NCBI RefSeq assembly: GCF_001194135.2
Contig: NC_068984.1
Location: 22,023,530-22,087,529, forward strand
DNA length: 64,000 nucleotides
Direction: 5' to 3'
Source: Octopus bimaculoides
Lineage: Eukaryota
Shown here: in pieces, positions 1 to 11,335 of the stretch
Position numbering within the stretch: position 1 is the stretch's first letter
Layout of the letters: each line of letters opens with the position of its first letter
Translations under genes and position numbers: made by a program
Notes under the pieces: model-generated
Databases searched by the model: none
Told to the model about the DNA's origin: nothing
The model's input: only the letters and a program-made list of their open reading frames with translations

Positions 1-177
1 GCTTGGAACACCCAGAATTATCGTATAAAGTATCTTCAAGTTACATCAGAAATTTATAACATGTTCATGACATGACGTACACACACACCCCCCACACATA
101 CATTGGTGTGTGTATGTATGGTGTTCAGTGAAGGGAAAATATAATCTAAGGACAGAAGATACGTTTCAGATATAACA

Positions 178-330
178 TACAGGCGTGGCTGTGTGGTAAG
201 AAGCTTACTTCCCAATCATATGGTTCCGGGTTCAGTCCGGTGCGTGGTACTTTGGACAATTGTCTTCTACTATAGCTTCGATCCAACCAAGTAGATTTGG
301 TAGACGGAAACTGAAAGAAGCGCGTAGTAT
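178..330 (+). mobile_element. SINE family A (tRNA-like head), 5' part
   Basis: GGCGTGGCTGTGTGGTAAGAAGCT...GGTTCAGTCC...GGTAGACGGAAACTGAAAGAAGC; homologous to copies at 49715-50205 and 59563-59985. Confidence 0.85.
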
Positions 331-822
331 ATATATATGTATATATATATATATATAGATATATATATATATATATATTCAAGGTGAATATGGTAGTTAA
401 GTTTAGGCATGGTATTATACATACAATTTCAAAATAAGGTGTTAAAATCAAAATAAGCAACAAGGATATCCAAAGTTAATGCGGTACGATCGTTTCATGC
501 GATGTGAACATTACATCAAATGTAAAATGCAGAGCAATCTTCAGCCGCAAAAAGATATAGAAATTTACTGAAATTTCATTTCAACAGAAATTTCATTTCT
601 CCAAGTAGAAAGGAAGAATGCAAAAAAACCATTTTGACTTAGCCAGACCATAGTCCTCCTTCAAACCCAGAAGAATTAACAAGTGAGACAGAGACAGGCA
701 GAAGCAAGAAAAATGCCGCTGTTACTTGAATACTATACAAATATGTCTTTAAAAAACACTTTTCTTTTAAATTTACCAAAATTTAATTTTTCAATAATTT
801 TTCAAAAATCTATTATTCATAT

Positions 823-864
823 TTACTGTTGAAAAGATCTCAAGGATCGAAACCGGTTCTGTAA
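823..864 (+). ncRNA. Minimal type-I hammerhead ribozyme motif, variant core UUGAAAA (U3/A8)
   Basis: Helix I TTACTG(823-828)/CTGTAA(859-864), 5 of 6 pairs; core TTGAAAA 829-835; helix II GATC-tcaag-GATC 836-848; GAAA 849-852; self-complementary ACCGGT helix III; GUU triplet 856-858. Confidence 0.55.
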
Positions 865-1636
865 TGTTCTTTATAAAAGTATTTTAGCATTTTCTACTTT
901 GTCTTTTTTCCATATATATNNNNNNNNNNNNNNNNNNNNNNNNNNNNNNNNNNNNNNNNNNNNNNNNNNNNNNNNNNNNNNNNNNNNNNNNNNNNNNNNN
1001 NNNNNNNNNNNNNNNNNNNNNNNNNNNNNNNNNNNNNNNNNNNNNNNNNNNNNNNNNNNNNNNNNNNNNNNNNNNNNNNNNNNNNNNNNNNNNNNNNNNN
1101 NNNNNNNNNNNNNNNNNNNNNNNNNNNNNNNNNNNNNNNNNNNNNNNNNNNNNNNNNNNNNNNNNNNNNNNNNNNNNNNNNNNNNNNNNNNNNNNNNNNN
1201 NNNNNNNNNNNNNNNNNNNNNNNNNNNNNNNNNNNNNNNNNNNNNNNNNNNNNNNNNNNNNNNNNNNNNNNNNNNNNNNNNNNNNNNNNNNNNNNNNNNN
1301 NNNNNNNNNNNNNNNNNNNNNNNNNNNNNNNNNNNNNNNNNNNNNNNNNNNNNNNNNNNNNNNNNNNNNNNNNNNNNNNNNNNNNNNNNNNNNNNNNNNN
1401 NNNNNNNNNNNNNNNNNNNNNNNNNNNNNNNNNNNNNNNNNNNNNNNNNNNNNNNNNNNNNNNNNNNNNNNNNNNNNNNNNNNNNNNNNNNNNNNNNNNN
1501 NNNNNNNNNNNNNNNNNNNNNNNNNNNNNNNNNNNNNNNNNNNNNNNNNNNNNNNNNNNNNNNNNNNNNNNNNNNNNNNNNNNNNNNNNNNNNNNNNNNN
1601 NNNNNNNNNNNNNNNNNNNNNNNNNNNNNNNNNATA

Positions 1637-1780
1637 TTTCGACCAAAGATTCGTCCAGGCCATGTCTAACTTAATAGCAAGCAAAATCTGATAGGATTAT
1701 CTAAATCGTTTTTAAGTCAAGTTTTCTGGTATCATGGTCCCATCGAGTCGCGAGTTCTTGTTGAGTGAGTTGTATCCAGG
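1637..1780 (-). mobile_element. 3' tail fragment of the CR1-group LINE
   Basis: Aligns by eye to 16915-17050 (CCAAAGATT..GCCATGTCTAACTTAATAGCA..TGATAGGATTATCTAAATC..GAGTTCTTGTTG..GTTGTATCCAG). Confidence 0.85.
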
Positions 1781-1821
1781 TATATACATACATACATACA
1801 TACATACATACATACATACAT

Positions 1822-1868
<47 letters not shown>

Positions 1869-2456
1869 CGCACACCTATACACACACAAACACACACATC
1901 CTCACATTCACACAGATATATATAAACATCTATGTGGATGCATATTTACATGAACATATAATTTGACATCGGGTTAATTATATAATTACGTATTACTTAA
2001 AAGTACACATGTACACACAAGCAAACACACAGTCACACTCCTAGATACACGCATGTATATGCACACGCGCACATCCAGAAATATTTACATAAACACACTC
2101 ATGCATCTCGCCTAATAAAAAACATGTGTTCCACATTTGTTGAAAGATGGGGAAGTATGAGAATGTGATCTAAATACTTGCACACATACGTGTACCGTTG
2201 GCTTCAGGTGAGTACCCACACATATATGTATAGATGTGTATATGTGTGCTAGTGTGTATGTGAGTGTGTGAGGGAGAGAGGAAGAGAGATTCAAATCTGT
2301 AGAAAGCAATTTTGTTTTCTATGAAGTTTCATAAGAAATTGCTTTCGCTTACAAGACTTAAAACAAGTGACTAAATTTAGATTTGTACCAGACAGACATT
2401 GGCAAGCCAGAATGAAATGTGGCTTTTCAGACAGTGGTCTATATCTCAGCAATTAC

Positions 2457-2498
<42 letters not shown>

Positions 2499-2702
2499 TG
2501 TGTGACTGTGTATATATATATGCAAATACACGCATATTCATATAGTCATATATAATGCAATTCGTGAAGATATGTTGCTTTTCGGAGTGTCTACATACAC
2601 ACGTAGATACACGCGAGACACACGTTACGTGCGGGTTTACTCAGCAGTTTATACACACACTTAAATATATACATACACACACACATATATATATAAGGTT
2701 AC

Positions 2703-2737
<35 letters not shown>

Positions 2738-2785
2738 AGCCTAGCTTCCTGTCTATCTGCATATATATACATACATACTTACACA

Positions 2786-2864
<79 letters not shown>

Positions 2865-2910
2865 GCACGGAGATTATATATACGTGTGTAAATTATGTGT
2901 TCACACACAT

Positions 2911-2941
<31 letters not shown>

Positions 2942-4246
2942 AGTGTGTGTTTATGTGTGTGTGTGCGAACATATAATTTACATACGTATATATAATCTCA
3001 GTGTATCAACATATATAATTTCAGTCATGTATGTATACGTACACTCACACACATATACAACCATAAATACGTCAGTAAGTAGTTAACCCTTCAAACTACC
3101 AATTTTGCTTCCAGACAAATTAAGCATGAAGCCGTAGATGTAAGCACATCCATGCATACATAAATACCATTGGATATAACTATGATACATACTATACAAG
3201 GCTACAAATATAATCATATTCCAAAGAACATGCACACATATGTACGAATAATTTTATCTATCTATATATCTATCTATATATGCACACTCATATGCCTATG
3301 CACGCATATTTATATGCATATATTTTTTTATAAATTATTCATTTACTGCTTGTATGACCAACTACGTAATAATTACATCCAAAAGTACTTATACACTACA
3401 TAATCCTCTTCATCATTAAAATGATTGCCAGCACAGCTTTTATCATCATCAGCACCTTCCCCCTTCTCCTCCTCCCCTCCTCATCATAATCATTATCATC
3501 AATAAAGCCACTACAGCCCGCACTATCAACGCTACTCCACCGTCACTGCTACCTTGACAACCGCTCTCATCATCCTCATCATCATCCTCATCATTATCAT
3601 CGCTTATCTTCCACATTATTCTCTTTACTATTGAACACCCACTTCCTGTAGATAACTTCAGTTAATGGTAGTTAAGTTAAATGTTAAGGGCTAAAGATGT
3701 AATTGTTAAGTCTCAGGTCAGCTCACTGCACAGACATGATTAAAAGTATTCTATCTGAGACCATCTCGTCTCATCACCGCTTTTCTATTTAAAACCTGTA
3801 GAACTTGATGAGCTTAAAATTAGGCTATATTTCTACATGTTCTTTATCTATGGACCCCTTTGAGTTCTATTTTGTTCTGGCGGAAATCCATAGCTATTCG
3901 ATGGTTAAAAACTAGTTTTATAGATATTTCTCTCCAAATTCCTACACATTAACTTGCGTAGGTTGAACCATGTGAAATGTTAGAGAAAGAAACCTAGCTG
4001 TTTCTTAGAATACTTACATCTAAAGCCAAACTTTCTTAGATGCCCTTAAATTACTTGTGTCGATACCCAGTTTGCTATTTTGTTACATGGAACCCCAAAA
4101 TCTTATATGGACTCTTACTGGCTATATGAACCACGGTTGAAAATGACTAATGTAGAGGATTGCTTGTTGGCTTGTTTAGGGTTAAAATGTACTTTATTTA
4201 CTTTATTTACATTTGACAGATATTTGTCCTCATCTTGTTTGTTTTT

Positions 4247-4292
4247 AACACAACGTTTTGGCTGATATACCCTCCATCCTTCATCAGGTGTC
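4247..4292 (-). ncRNA. Decayed paralogue of the 4503 hammerhead
   Basis: Reverse complement: GACAC-CTGATGA-A-GGATG..CAGCC-AAAAC-GTT-GTGTT. Catalytic G12 is changed to A, so probably inactive. Confidence 0.7.
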
Positions 4293-4502
4293 ATGGCGAA
4301 ATTTCGAACCTGGGTTCTCATTCCTAAGGTATTTTTCGATGTTGTTGTTATTATTATTATTATTATTATTATTCAGGTCATTGCCTGGATTCGAACTCGG
4401 AATCTTGGGGTTAGTAGCCCATGCTGTTAACCACTACGTCATAATAATAATAACATCGAAAAGTACATTAGGAATGAGAACCCAGGTTCGAAATTTCCGC
4501 AA

Positions 4503-4548
4503 GACACCTGATGAAGGCTGGAGGATATATCAACCGAAACGTTGTGTT
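4503..4548 (+). ncRNA. Minimal type-I hammerhead ribozyme (dimer-type helix III)
   Basis: Helix I GACAC(4503-07)/GTGTT(4544-48); CTGATGA 4508-14 plus one extra A; helix II GGCTG/CAACC with one mismatch; GAAA-C-GUU with loopless palindromic ACGT; predicted cleavage after 4543. Confidence 0.8.
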
Positions 4549-4849
4549 AAAACAAACAGGATGAGGACAAATATCCGTCAAATGTAAATAATGTAAATAA
4601 TGCAAATAAGGTACCTAATTCCTCATCTCTTAAATATAGAACTGTGTTAAAATTGTACTATTTCTGTGTTCTCGATAACGTCTGTATATATAAAAAATAA
4701 ATGTCTCTAATGTAGGCTCACTATTTTGTGGAAAACTTTTTGTGCATTGTTTAACCAGTCATATGATTCGTATAGATTTGACCAGGGAATAACGAATACA
4801 TCAGCAGTAAACAATGATAACAATAACACAGACAACAGAAACAGCCCAA

Positions 4850-5060
4850 CAGAAGAGTTTTTACGTGGTCAATTGACTTGCTAGAAATAGTAACTAAATC
4901 TTTTTCGTATGACTCCCGACTGTTTCTTGAAGAGTTTAAATACATCAAATTATGTAGTCTGAGACAAGATACATCTGAGTTAATTGCGGAATAGTCACGG
5001 TGGGAACGCCTTTGAACATCTTTTCTATCAGATTTTTGCTTAGGGCTAAAGAATAATACA
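4850..5060 (+). mobile_element. Degenerate dispersed repeat family F (SINE-like)
   Basis: GGTCAATTGACTTGCTAGAAATAGTAACTAAATCT...GGGCTAAA tail shared with 34320-34510. Confidence 0.55.
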
Positions 5061-5726
5061 AACAGCATCAACATAGTCAGCAAAAAATAAACGGCAACAA
5101 AAACAACACTAAAGCAACAAAAAGAAAATTAACAGAAGAAGAAAAAGAAGAAGAAGACGAAGAAGAAGAAGGACAACAACAAGGACAACAACAACAACAA
5201 TGGTGCAAACTAAAGTAAATCGATGTATCTGCGAGGTTAACAGTGTACTTTGTTTCACTGTAAGATTTTCATTGTCTGCGATTTTAGCTGAAATTTTTGT
5301 TTCTTTCTTCCGGTTGTCATGACGGCGTGGATGTAAAGAATGGAGATGACTTGCCAATGGGACAGCAGAATAATCTCTGTGTGTGTGTGTGTGTGTGTGT
5401 GAAGAAAGCTTGTGAAAAGGAAAAAAGATGGCGAATGAAAACGTGTGAAAATAAAAAAAGAACGTGAATAACATTCAAATAGACATTTTTAGAGAATGTC
5501 AGACAGAAGAATTGAGAAAGAGAGATACAGGGCCATTGAGAAAGGGATACAGAGAAGAGCATGATAGGAAGAAAGAAACAAAGAAGTGAGAGAGAAGTAA
5601 ATAACGATGTTTATGTAAAGGTGCAAATGAGAGAGAAACAGGGAGAAAAAGCAGAGCTGAAGGTAGATCAAAGAAAGTGAAGTGGAGTGAATATGCGAGC
5701 GTGCAATAAACGAGAATTTATTATTA

Positions 5727-5832
5727 ATCACAACAATTGTTTCGACACGTATAGCATCGATCCCTCACGGGCAGAACATTCAACAACTGGTTCAGAAACA
5801 TCTGTTGGTGCAGATGTGTCTCATCGGGTGAT
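5727..5832 (-). ncRNA. Hammerhead ribozyme with 67-nt insertion in stem II (apparently intact)
   Basis: Reverse complement: ATCAC-CCGATGA-GACAC-[67 nt]-GTGTC-GAAA-CAATTG-T-T-GTGAT. Perfect 5-bp helices I and II, palindromic ACAATTGT helix III, GUU triplet 5734-5732. Confidence 0.8.
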
Positions 5833-5994
5833 AAATAGACACAACGCGTTAAAATAATATAATTCTGTAATGTATATTTTTATTTCGTAGAAAGAAAAGC
5901 GGTAAAACGAAGGAAATATCTTCATTTACATAGGAAATCAAAAATAAAATCACAGATACAGGAAATAAATGAACACACAATACAGTATGTTTGA

Positions 5995-6700
5995 ACCAAG
6001 ATCGCTGGAAAATTGTTTGCCGCTTTGGGCAAATGTTTTCCTAAATCTAATCGATATCATGCTAACTTTAATCAGCACACCGTGAACGTTCACTACGCTA
6101 ACTCTACTAATTTAGAGCAGCTTATGCATTGCATAAACAATAGTAAAATGCTACAAAGTTTAATAACCCAACTCCTGGATCTAGCGAACATATGCATCTA
6201 TACACCAACAAAAGAGATGTAAACCGCAATGAAAAACATCAATTACGGCCAAATTGTAATAGTAGAAATGCTTATGATACAGCTAACACGGTAAAGATGT
6301 CGGAAAATGGAGTCGGAACTGACTTATATACAAATAAATATGATGAATGATCATGCAAAGAAAAATCAAAATGCCCATTGATGAACCTCTTTGTATGAGT
6401 ACAAATCTTGTATATAAGTGTACAGTACACACAAGGGAGGGGCGTATGTTTACACTGAGCAGACGGCTGATTTATTTAAGAATCGCTATCGTAACCATGT
6501 CACCAGCTTTAAGACAATCAATAAGAGACATTCAACATCTTTGACCGATTTTGTATGGCGACTGAAGGAGGATAAAATTAAGTAAAGCATAACTTGGTCC
6601 ATAGTAAGGCACGCGAAACTATACAATATCATTTTCAGAAGATGCCATTTCTGCTCCGAGGAATCCTTGTCTATTCTCTGGACTAATGAGATGATCATTA
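5995..6700 (+). pseudogene. Decayed PLE RT C-terminus/linker and GIY-YIG endonuclease (frameshifts, stops)
   Basis: Stitched translation: TKIAGKLFAALGKCFPKSNRYHANFNQHTVNVHYANSTNL... *SCKEKSKCP-DEPLCMSTNLVYKCTVHTREG-VYTEQTADLFKNRYRNHVTSFKTINKRHSTSLTDFVWRLKEDKIK*SITWSIVRHAKLYNIIFRRCHFCSEESLSIL. Matches the remembered PLE pattern FP..H..FN..TVKVSY / CxC..CP...C...+VY....Y+G.T...FK.RY.NH..SF...T.LS..+W.LK...I.W.I...C.LC.EE. Confidence 0.85.
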
Positions 6701-7158
6701 ATGGAATTTTTGAAAGACTCTCAAGACGCATATAAATGTACGTTCGCAGATGCAATGGGAATGTATTTGAGTAACAGTTCACTTAATTTACTTTAAGGTA
6801 TGAATAAATAAAGTTTAGTTTTAACCTCCCCATTTTAATAAACAACAAAGTGCTATTTAACTCGCTTTATGATCATGAGCGCACCAAACCACACGTGTGC
6901 GTTTGCTTACATTTTCGCGGATACTCGTATTAGAGAGTGTACACGTGCCATGCAGCTTGTGCGAGGGCGTTCATATTTGTTAACGGTTATTTTAAATACT
7001 TTTCTCGCTGTATTGTGTGTTCGTTTCTTTTCTGCATCTGTGATTTTATTTTTGATCTTCGATGTAAATGAAGATATTTCCTTCGTTTTGTCGCTTTCCT
7101 TTCTACGAAATGAGAAAATACATCGGGGAACTATTATTTTAACAAGTTGTATCTATTT

Positions 7159-7264
7159 ATCACGCGATAAGACACATCTCCACCGCCGGATGCTTCTGAA
7201 CCAGTTGTTGAATGTACCACCCATGAGGGATCGATGATCGACATGTCGAAGCAATTGTCTTGAT
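7159..7264 (+). ncRNA. Decayed copy of the 5727 hammerhead
   Basis: ATCAC-GCGATAA-GACAC-[insert]-ATGTC-GAAG-CAATT-GTC-TTGAT; core positions are mutated. Confidence 0.7.
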
Positions 7265-10199
7265 TAATTATAAATTCTCGTATATTCTATCTTCCGTGTT
7301 TCATTTACCATATAGATGACGATCACTGTGAAAGTGATTGTGCTTTACCAGTAAGCTACGAGGTGTAAACCATTCGTTTTATTATCCAATACATACATAA
7401 TGCATACATACATACATACATAAAAACATAAACACACACACACACACACACACTAATATGTACACACAAACACAGACAAACCCAATTCTATGTTTGTTCT
7501 TTTACACTATTAAACTCTCTGAACCAATGTTTACCTCAACAAAGATTCAAATATACATTACTTCGATTAACATTTAGATGTTGTTCGAAATGGTAGCCAA
7601 TGAACAGCTGCGTTCTACTTGCGAAATATTTACCGTGTAACTTCTTCATGCGAGTTCCTTCCGCCGAAATATGGCATGCCACCATCGTCAAATAGTTAAA
7701 TGCACATGGATTCCTTGATGCGATTTTATGAAGTTGTTTTAACACTTTTCTATATTTATCATAATGTCTGATGTTGCAGTCGTAAAAATCCTAACATTTT
7801 TTTACTGTCTATGGAGAATTTGGATGTCTTATTCTTTAAATTGAACCGGTTGAAATATGTTGCGATGATCAAGACATGTGTTCCTACATCCTCTATTAAT
7901 AATAATGTCACTTCTTTAAGACACAGTTTGAGTTATACAGAGTTAGTTTTGCTTTAAGAAGAAAATAATGCAAAGCGATTTTCGTTCATTTTGTTTGTCG
8001 GAGTCGTACCTTGATTCGTTCCAAACGTTGGTCATTCATAAGTGGTTTTGTGCTTGCGGTCAAGTATTTTGCGATTATTACTGTCTATATGTCGAAGTTT
8101 GCCGATAGCAGGAATTCGGATTTCTGAAACTCGACCTGTCTTAAAAATAGAGTTGTTTTCCCACAAAAGAAAAAGTTATTTAGCAAAAAATGTGAAAGAA
8201 GAAATGATAGATAAAATAGCTAGCTAGATAAGGTAGTAAGTGAGTAAGAGTATTAACCGAGAGAGTGTTACTCAGAAAGGTAAACTAGCAGGAGCAAGAA
8301 ATAGAGATTAGATAAGCAAATTGGATAAAGCCAAATATTAGTACGACCAGAGAGGGAGAGAGAGAAAGAGAGAGACACTCACACACCAAGTGAGAGAGAA
8401 AGAGAGACAGAGAGACAGAGAGACACAGAGAAATGTTGAGAGTTTACGAGTAACTGGGAGGATGGGGGAAAGCTACAGAAAAGCGAATAGAATAAATTTT
8501 TGAGTTATAGGGAAAGAAAATATCAGAGGATGCTTTTTTTTTTGATAAATAGATAGATAGACAAAGGCACAATAGAAGGAATGATTAGAAATGGAAAGAT
8601 AAAATGTAGCTGAAAATCAGAGAGAGAGAGAAAGAAAGAGAGAGAAAGAAACAGAGAGAAAGAAAGAGAGAAAGTGAGGTATACAGAGTCAATGTAGTAG
8701 GAGAGAAAAAAGAGGGACAGAGAAATATACACTGTTACAAATATAATACATAAGGACTATAGGATACAAAAAACAATGAAATTGAAGAATTGGAACTACA
8801 GGAAGGAGAGAGGGAGAGAGAGAGCGAGCGGAGAGAGAAGGATATTGAAGTAGTTGAGGTCAAAATGCCACAAAATATATCGAGAAAATAGTTGTGCCAG
8901 AATTAACGGTACAACATGAAAATGGCTTCCCTTTCAAAACATCAGCCATTTAGCTTATTTGGTTTCTCCTGGCCTTTCCAGTTTCAGGTCAATCGCACCC
9001 TTCTTTCTCTCTCTGACCATCTACTTTGTATCTTTCCGTAGACACTAGCTCAATATCATTCTTTATCGCGTTTGATGTATCTATATTTTTCTATCTTTCT
9101 TAGCCTTTCGTCTTTACGTTTGCGTTTTCTCCTTTCTTATGTATATTTAATCTATTTCTATCTAACTGTTTTACATTTTCGGTTATTTATTCCGTACACA
9201 TCTTACAAAATCTTTGAACTTTTTATGCCCATTCCTACCTCTCTCACGTCTGTTTACCTGTCTATTTACCTGCGAGTCTGTGTGTTTGTCTTTTACAATT
9301 CTCAATTTTCTCGTCTTACCTTATCTATTTTCAATATATGTCTTCTATCCATAAATTTACTTCGGCTATTTCGGTGGTTATTAAACATTTTTATTATTGA
9401 AGGTATGCACACTTCTGTGCTTATGAGAGTTGAAAACAACTCATGGCGTGATGTCAAGACCAAAGACTGGATTTATGAGCATAATCTACCCATCATTACA
9501 AGTGTTGTTCAACACAGCGAATGTACTGAACATCATGGCATATTGGACGATGTACTTTGAAGACTATCGCACTAGATGAAAGAGAGAACCTACCAAAGAT
9601 AATGAGGGCCAGAGATTTCTAGAATGAGGCAGTGAAAGGTTTCTCGGTCAGAGCCACTTGACGGAGAAGCACCTTTCAAAAATATATATAAAACCGTGCA
9701 CAGATATATAACAATTTATTATGTAGATACTTACCAAATTCACTCACATTCAGTTGTAGAACATACACGAACACTCTTACATACACACAGATATAAGCGC
9801 ATAGAAATGAGGAGTCGTACACGTCACACAGTTCGTGCTATAATGCACACAGAGATATACTACAAACGCTTACAGCGCTTTAGTTATTATCTAGTACCTG
9901 TAAATAGATATCCTTGATGCAATGTATATAAAAAGATAACTTTAAAGAAAAGATAATACAATGCTAAGTTTGGAACACAATAATTTTATTAAAATGATGG
10001 ATTGTTATGGTAATATTACATATTATACATAAGCACAATTATACACAAACACAAAGACATACGCACAACACAACCAAATAACACACTCAGCATGCACATT
10101 CGTTTATACATATAAAACAATAAACAACAGTTAAAGAAACATGTAAACTAATCAAATTGATTTATTTATTCAAATATACAGAATACGCATATAATTCCG

Positions 10200-10372
10200 G
10201 AGGAGGGGTTTAATCGATCACATCGACCCCAGTGTTCAACTGGTACTTATTGTATCGAATTCAAGGGGATGAAAGGCAAAGTCGACTGTGGGCGGAATTT
10301 GAACGCAGGACGTAAGGACGAACGAAATACTGCTAACAATTTTGTCGAGTGTGCTAACGATTCTGCCAGATA
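10200..10372 (-). mobile_element. SINE family B
   Basis: Reverse complement of ..GCAGAATCGTTAGCAC..GTTCAAATTCCGCC..GTCGACTTTGCCTTTCATCC..GTACCAGTTG..CTGGGGTCGATG. Confidence 0.85.
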
Positions 10373-10850
10373 TTATGATCAAATCTGAATAATGTAGACA
10401 AAATTTTTAATTGAAATAAAAATCAAGAAAAACATGAAATACATATGTTCTAAACAGTGAATCTCGAAGTGCATTACGCTCTAAATATATGTAAATATTG
10501 AGCAACCGACGCCATTTTCTAGCTAAAAGAGTTTTCAACCCAACGTTTATATGCTATTATTTATAACTTTATGTGTTTAAAGATCCATTATTACAATGTG
10601 TTTGTTTGTTTGTTTGTTTGTTTGTGTTTGTTTGTGTTTGTTTGTTTGTTTCTGCGTGCGTGCGTGCGTGCGTGCGTATACAGTCTCAACAAAGTGGACA
10701 ATCTGACACTTTGATCTCACTACCATCCTTATTCTTGTACAATTTTAATAAGCATGTACTATATTAAAATGTATTGAATAATCTTCTACTTTAATGTGAA
10801 CATGATTTTGTATATAGCTTTACATAAAAACAAACACTAGTATACGTATA

Positions 10851-11063
10851 TGAGGGGGTGCTGGGAAGTTCCTGTGGGTGAAAGAAAATACAGGTGGAAC
10901 AGATAATTATGATTTTATTCAACATGTTCTCCTCTCAGATTCACACACCTATTGCAGCGGTCCTTCAGCTTTTCTAAACCCTGTAAAAGAACTTGGAATG
11001 TTGGGACTCCAGTCGGGCATTTAGCGATACCCTTAAAGCCAGGAACTTTTCAGCACCCCCTCG
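10851..11063. mobile_element. Tc1/mariner-type MITE
   Basis: TIRs TGAGGGGGTGCTGGGAAGTTCCTG / CAGGAACTTTTCAGCACCCCCTCG, flanked by TA at 10849-50 and 11064-65; no ORF. Confidence 0.85.
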
Positions 11064-11189
11064 TATGTGTGTATCTATCTATCGATCGATCTGTGTGTGT
11101 GTGTGTGTGTGTGCGCGTGTGTTATGCATTTATGCATGTGTGTATGTATATATGTTTGTATAAATGATGTATGTATCAATGTGTGTATC

Positions 11190-11335
11190 TAGGGGTTGCA
11201 TTGCCAAATGATTAAGATGTTCACTTTAAAAACACAAGACTTCGTGTTCGATCCTGTGGCAAAGTGCCTTTTAGTATAGTGTCCAGTTGACTAAACTTTT
11301 GTAAGTGGAATCGAGTAAGCGGAAACTGTGTGTAT
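11190..11335 (+). mobile_element. Highly degenerate SINE family A-like copy
   Basis: tRNA-like head (GTTCGATCC) followed by GGCAAAGTGCCTTT..TATAG..GTGGAAT..CGGAAACTG. Confidence 0.45.

Larger units (their letters stand above)
4187..4645 (-). mobile_element. tRNA-headed SINE-like element carrying an HHR, joined head-to-head with an inverted headless copy
   Basis: Minus strand: A-box-like GTAGTGGTTAA (4428-4438), anticodon-like arm GGG-CTACTAA-CCC, B box GTTCGAATCC (4387-4396), (AAT)n, body, HHR, TAAA-rich tail. Arms ~4187-4360 and ~4441-4618 are inverted repeats. Confidence 0.8.
5711..7280 (+). mobile_element. Penelope-like element (Naiad-like) 3' fragment with inverted pseudo-LTR
   Basis: Inverted arms 5711-5985 and 7008-7280 (roughly 80-85% identical by eye) flank a decayed RT C-terminal/linker plus GIY-YIG ORF; each arm contains an HHR motif. 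Confidence 0.85.

Noticed and set aside
480-720. Possible GIY-YIG C-terminal relic upstream of the 823 hammerhead (..GRMQKNHFDLARP)
   Set aside because: Similarity is too faint to support without an HMM search.
4374-4440. tRNA gene call for the tRNA-like heads (also in SINE families A-D)
   Set aside because: No complete acceptor stem or cloverleaf; these are SINE heads, not tRNA genes.
7560-7750. Possible mariner transposase fragment (KKLHGKYFAS)
   Set aside because: No YSPDL or WVPHEL motif is recognisable.
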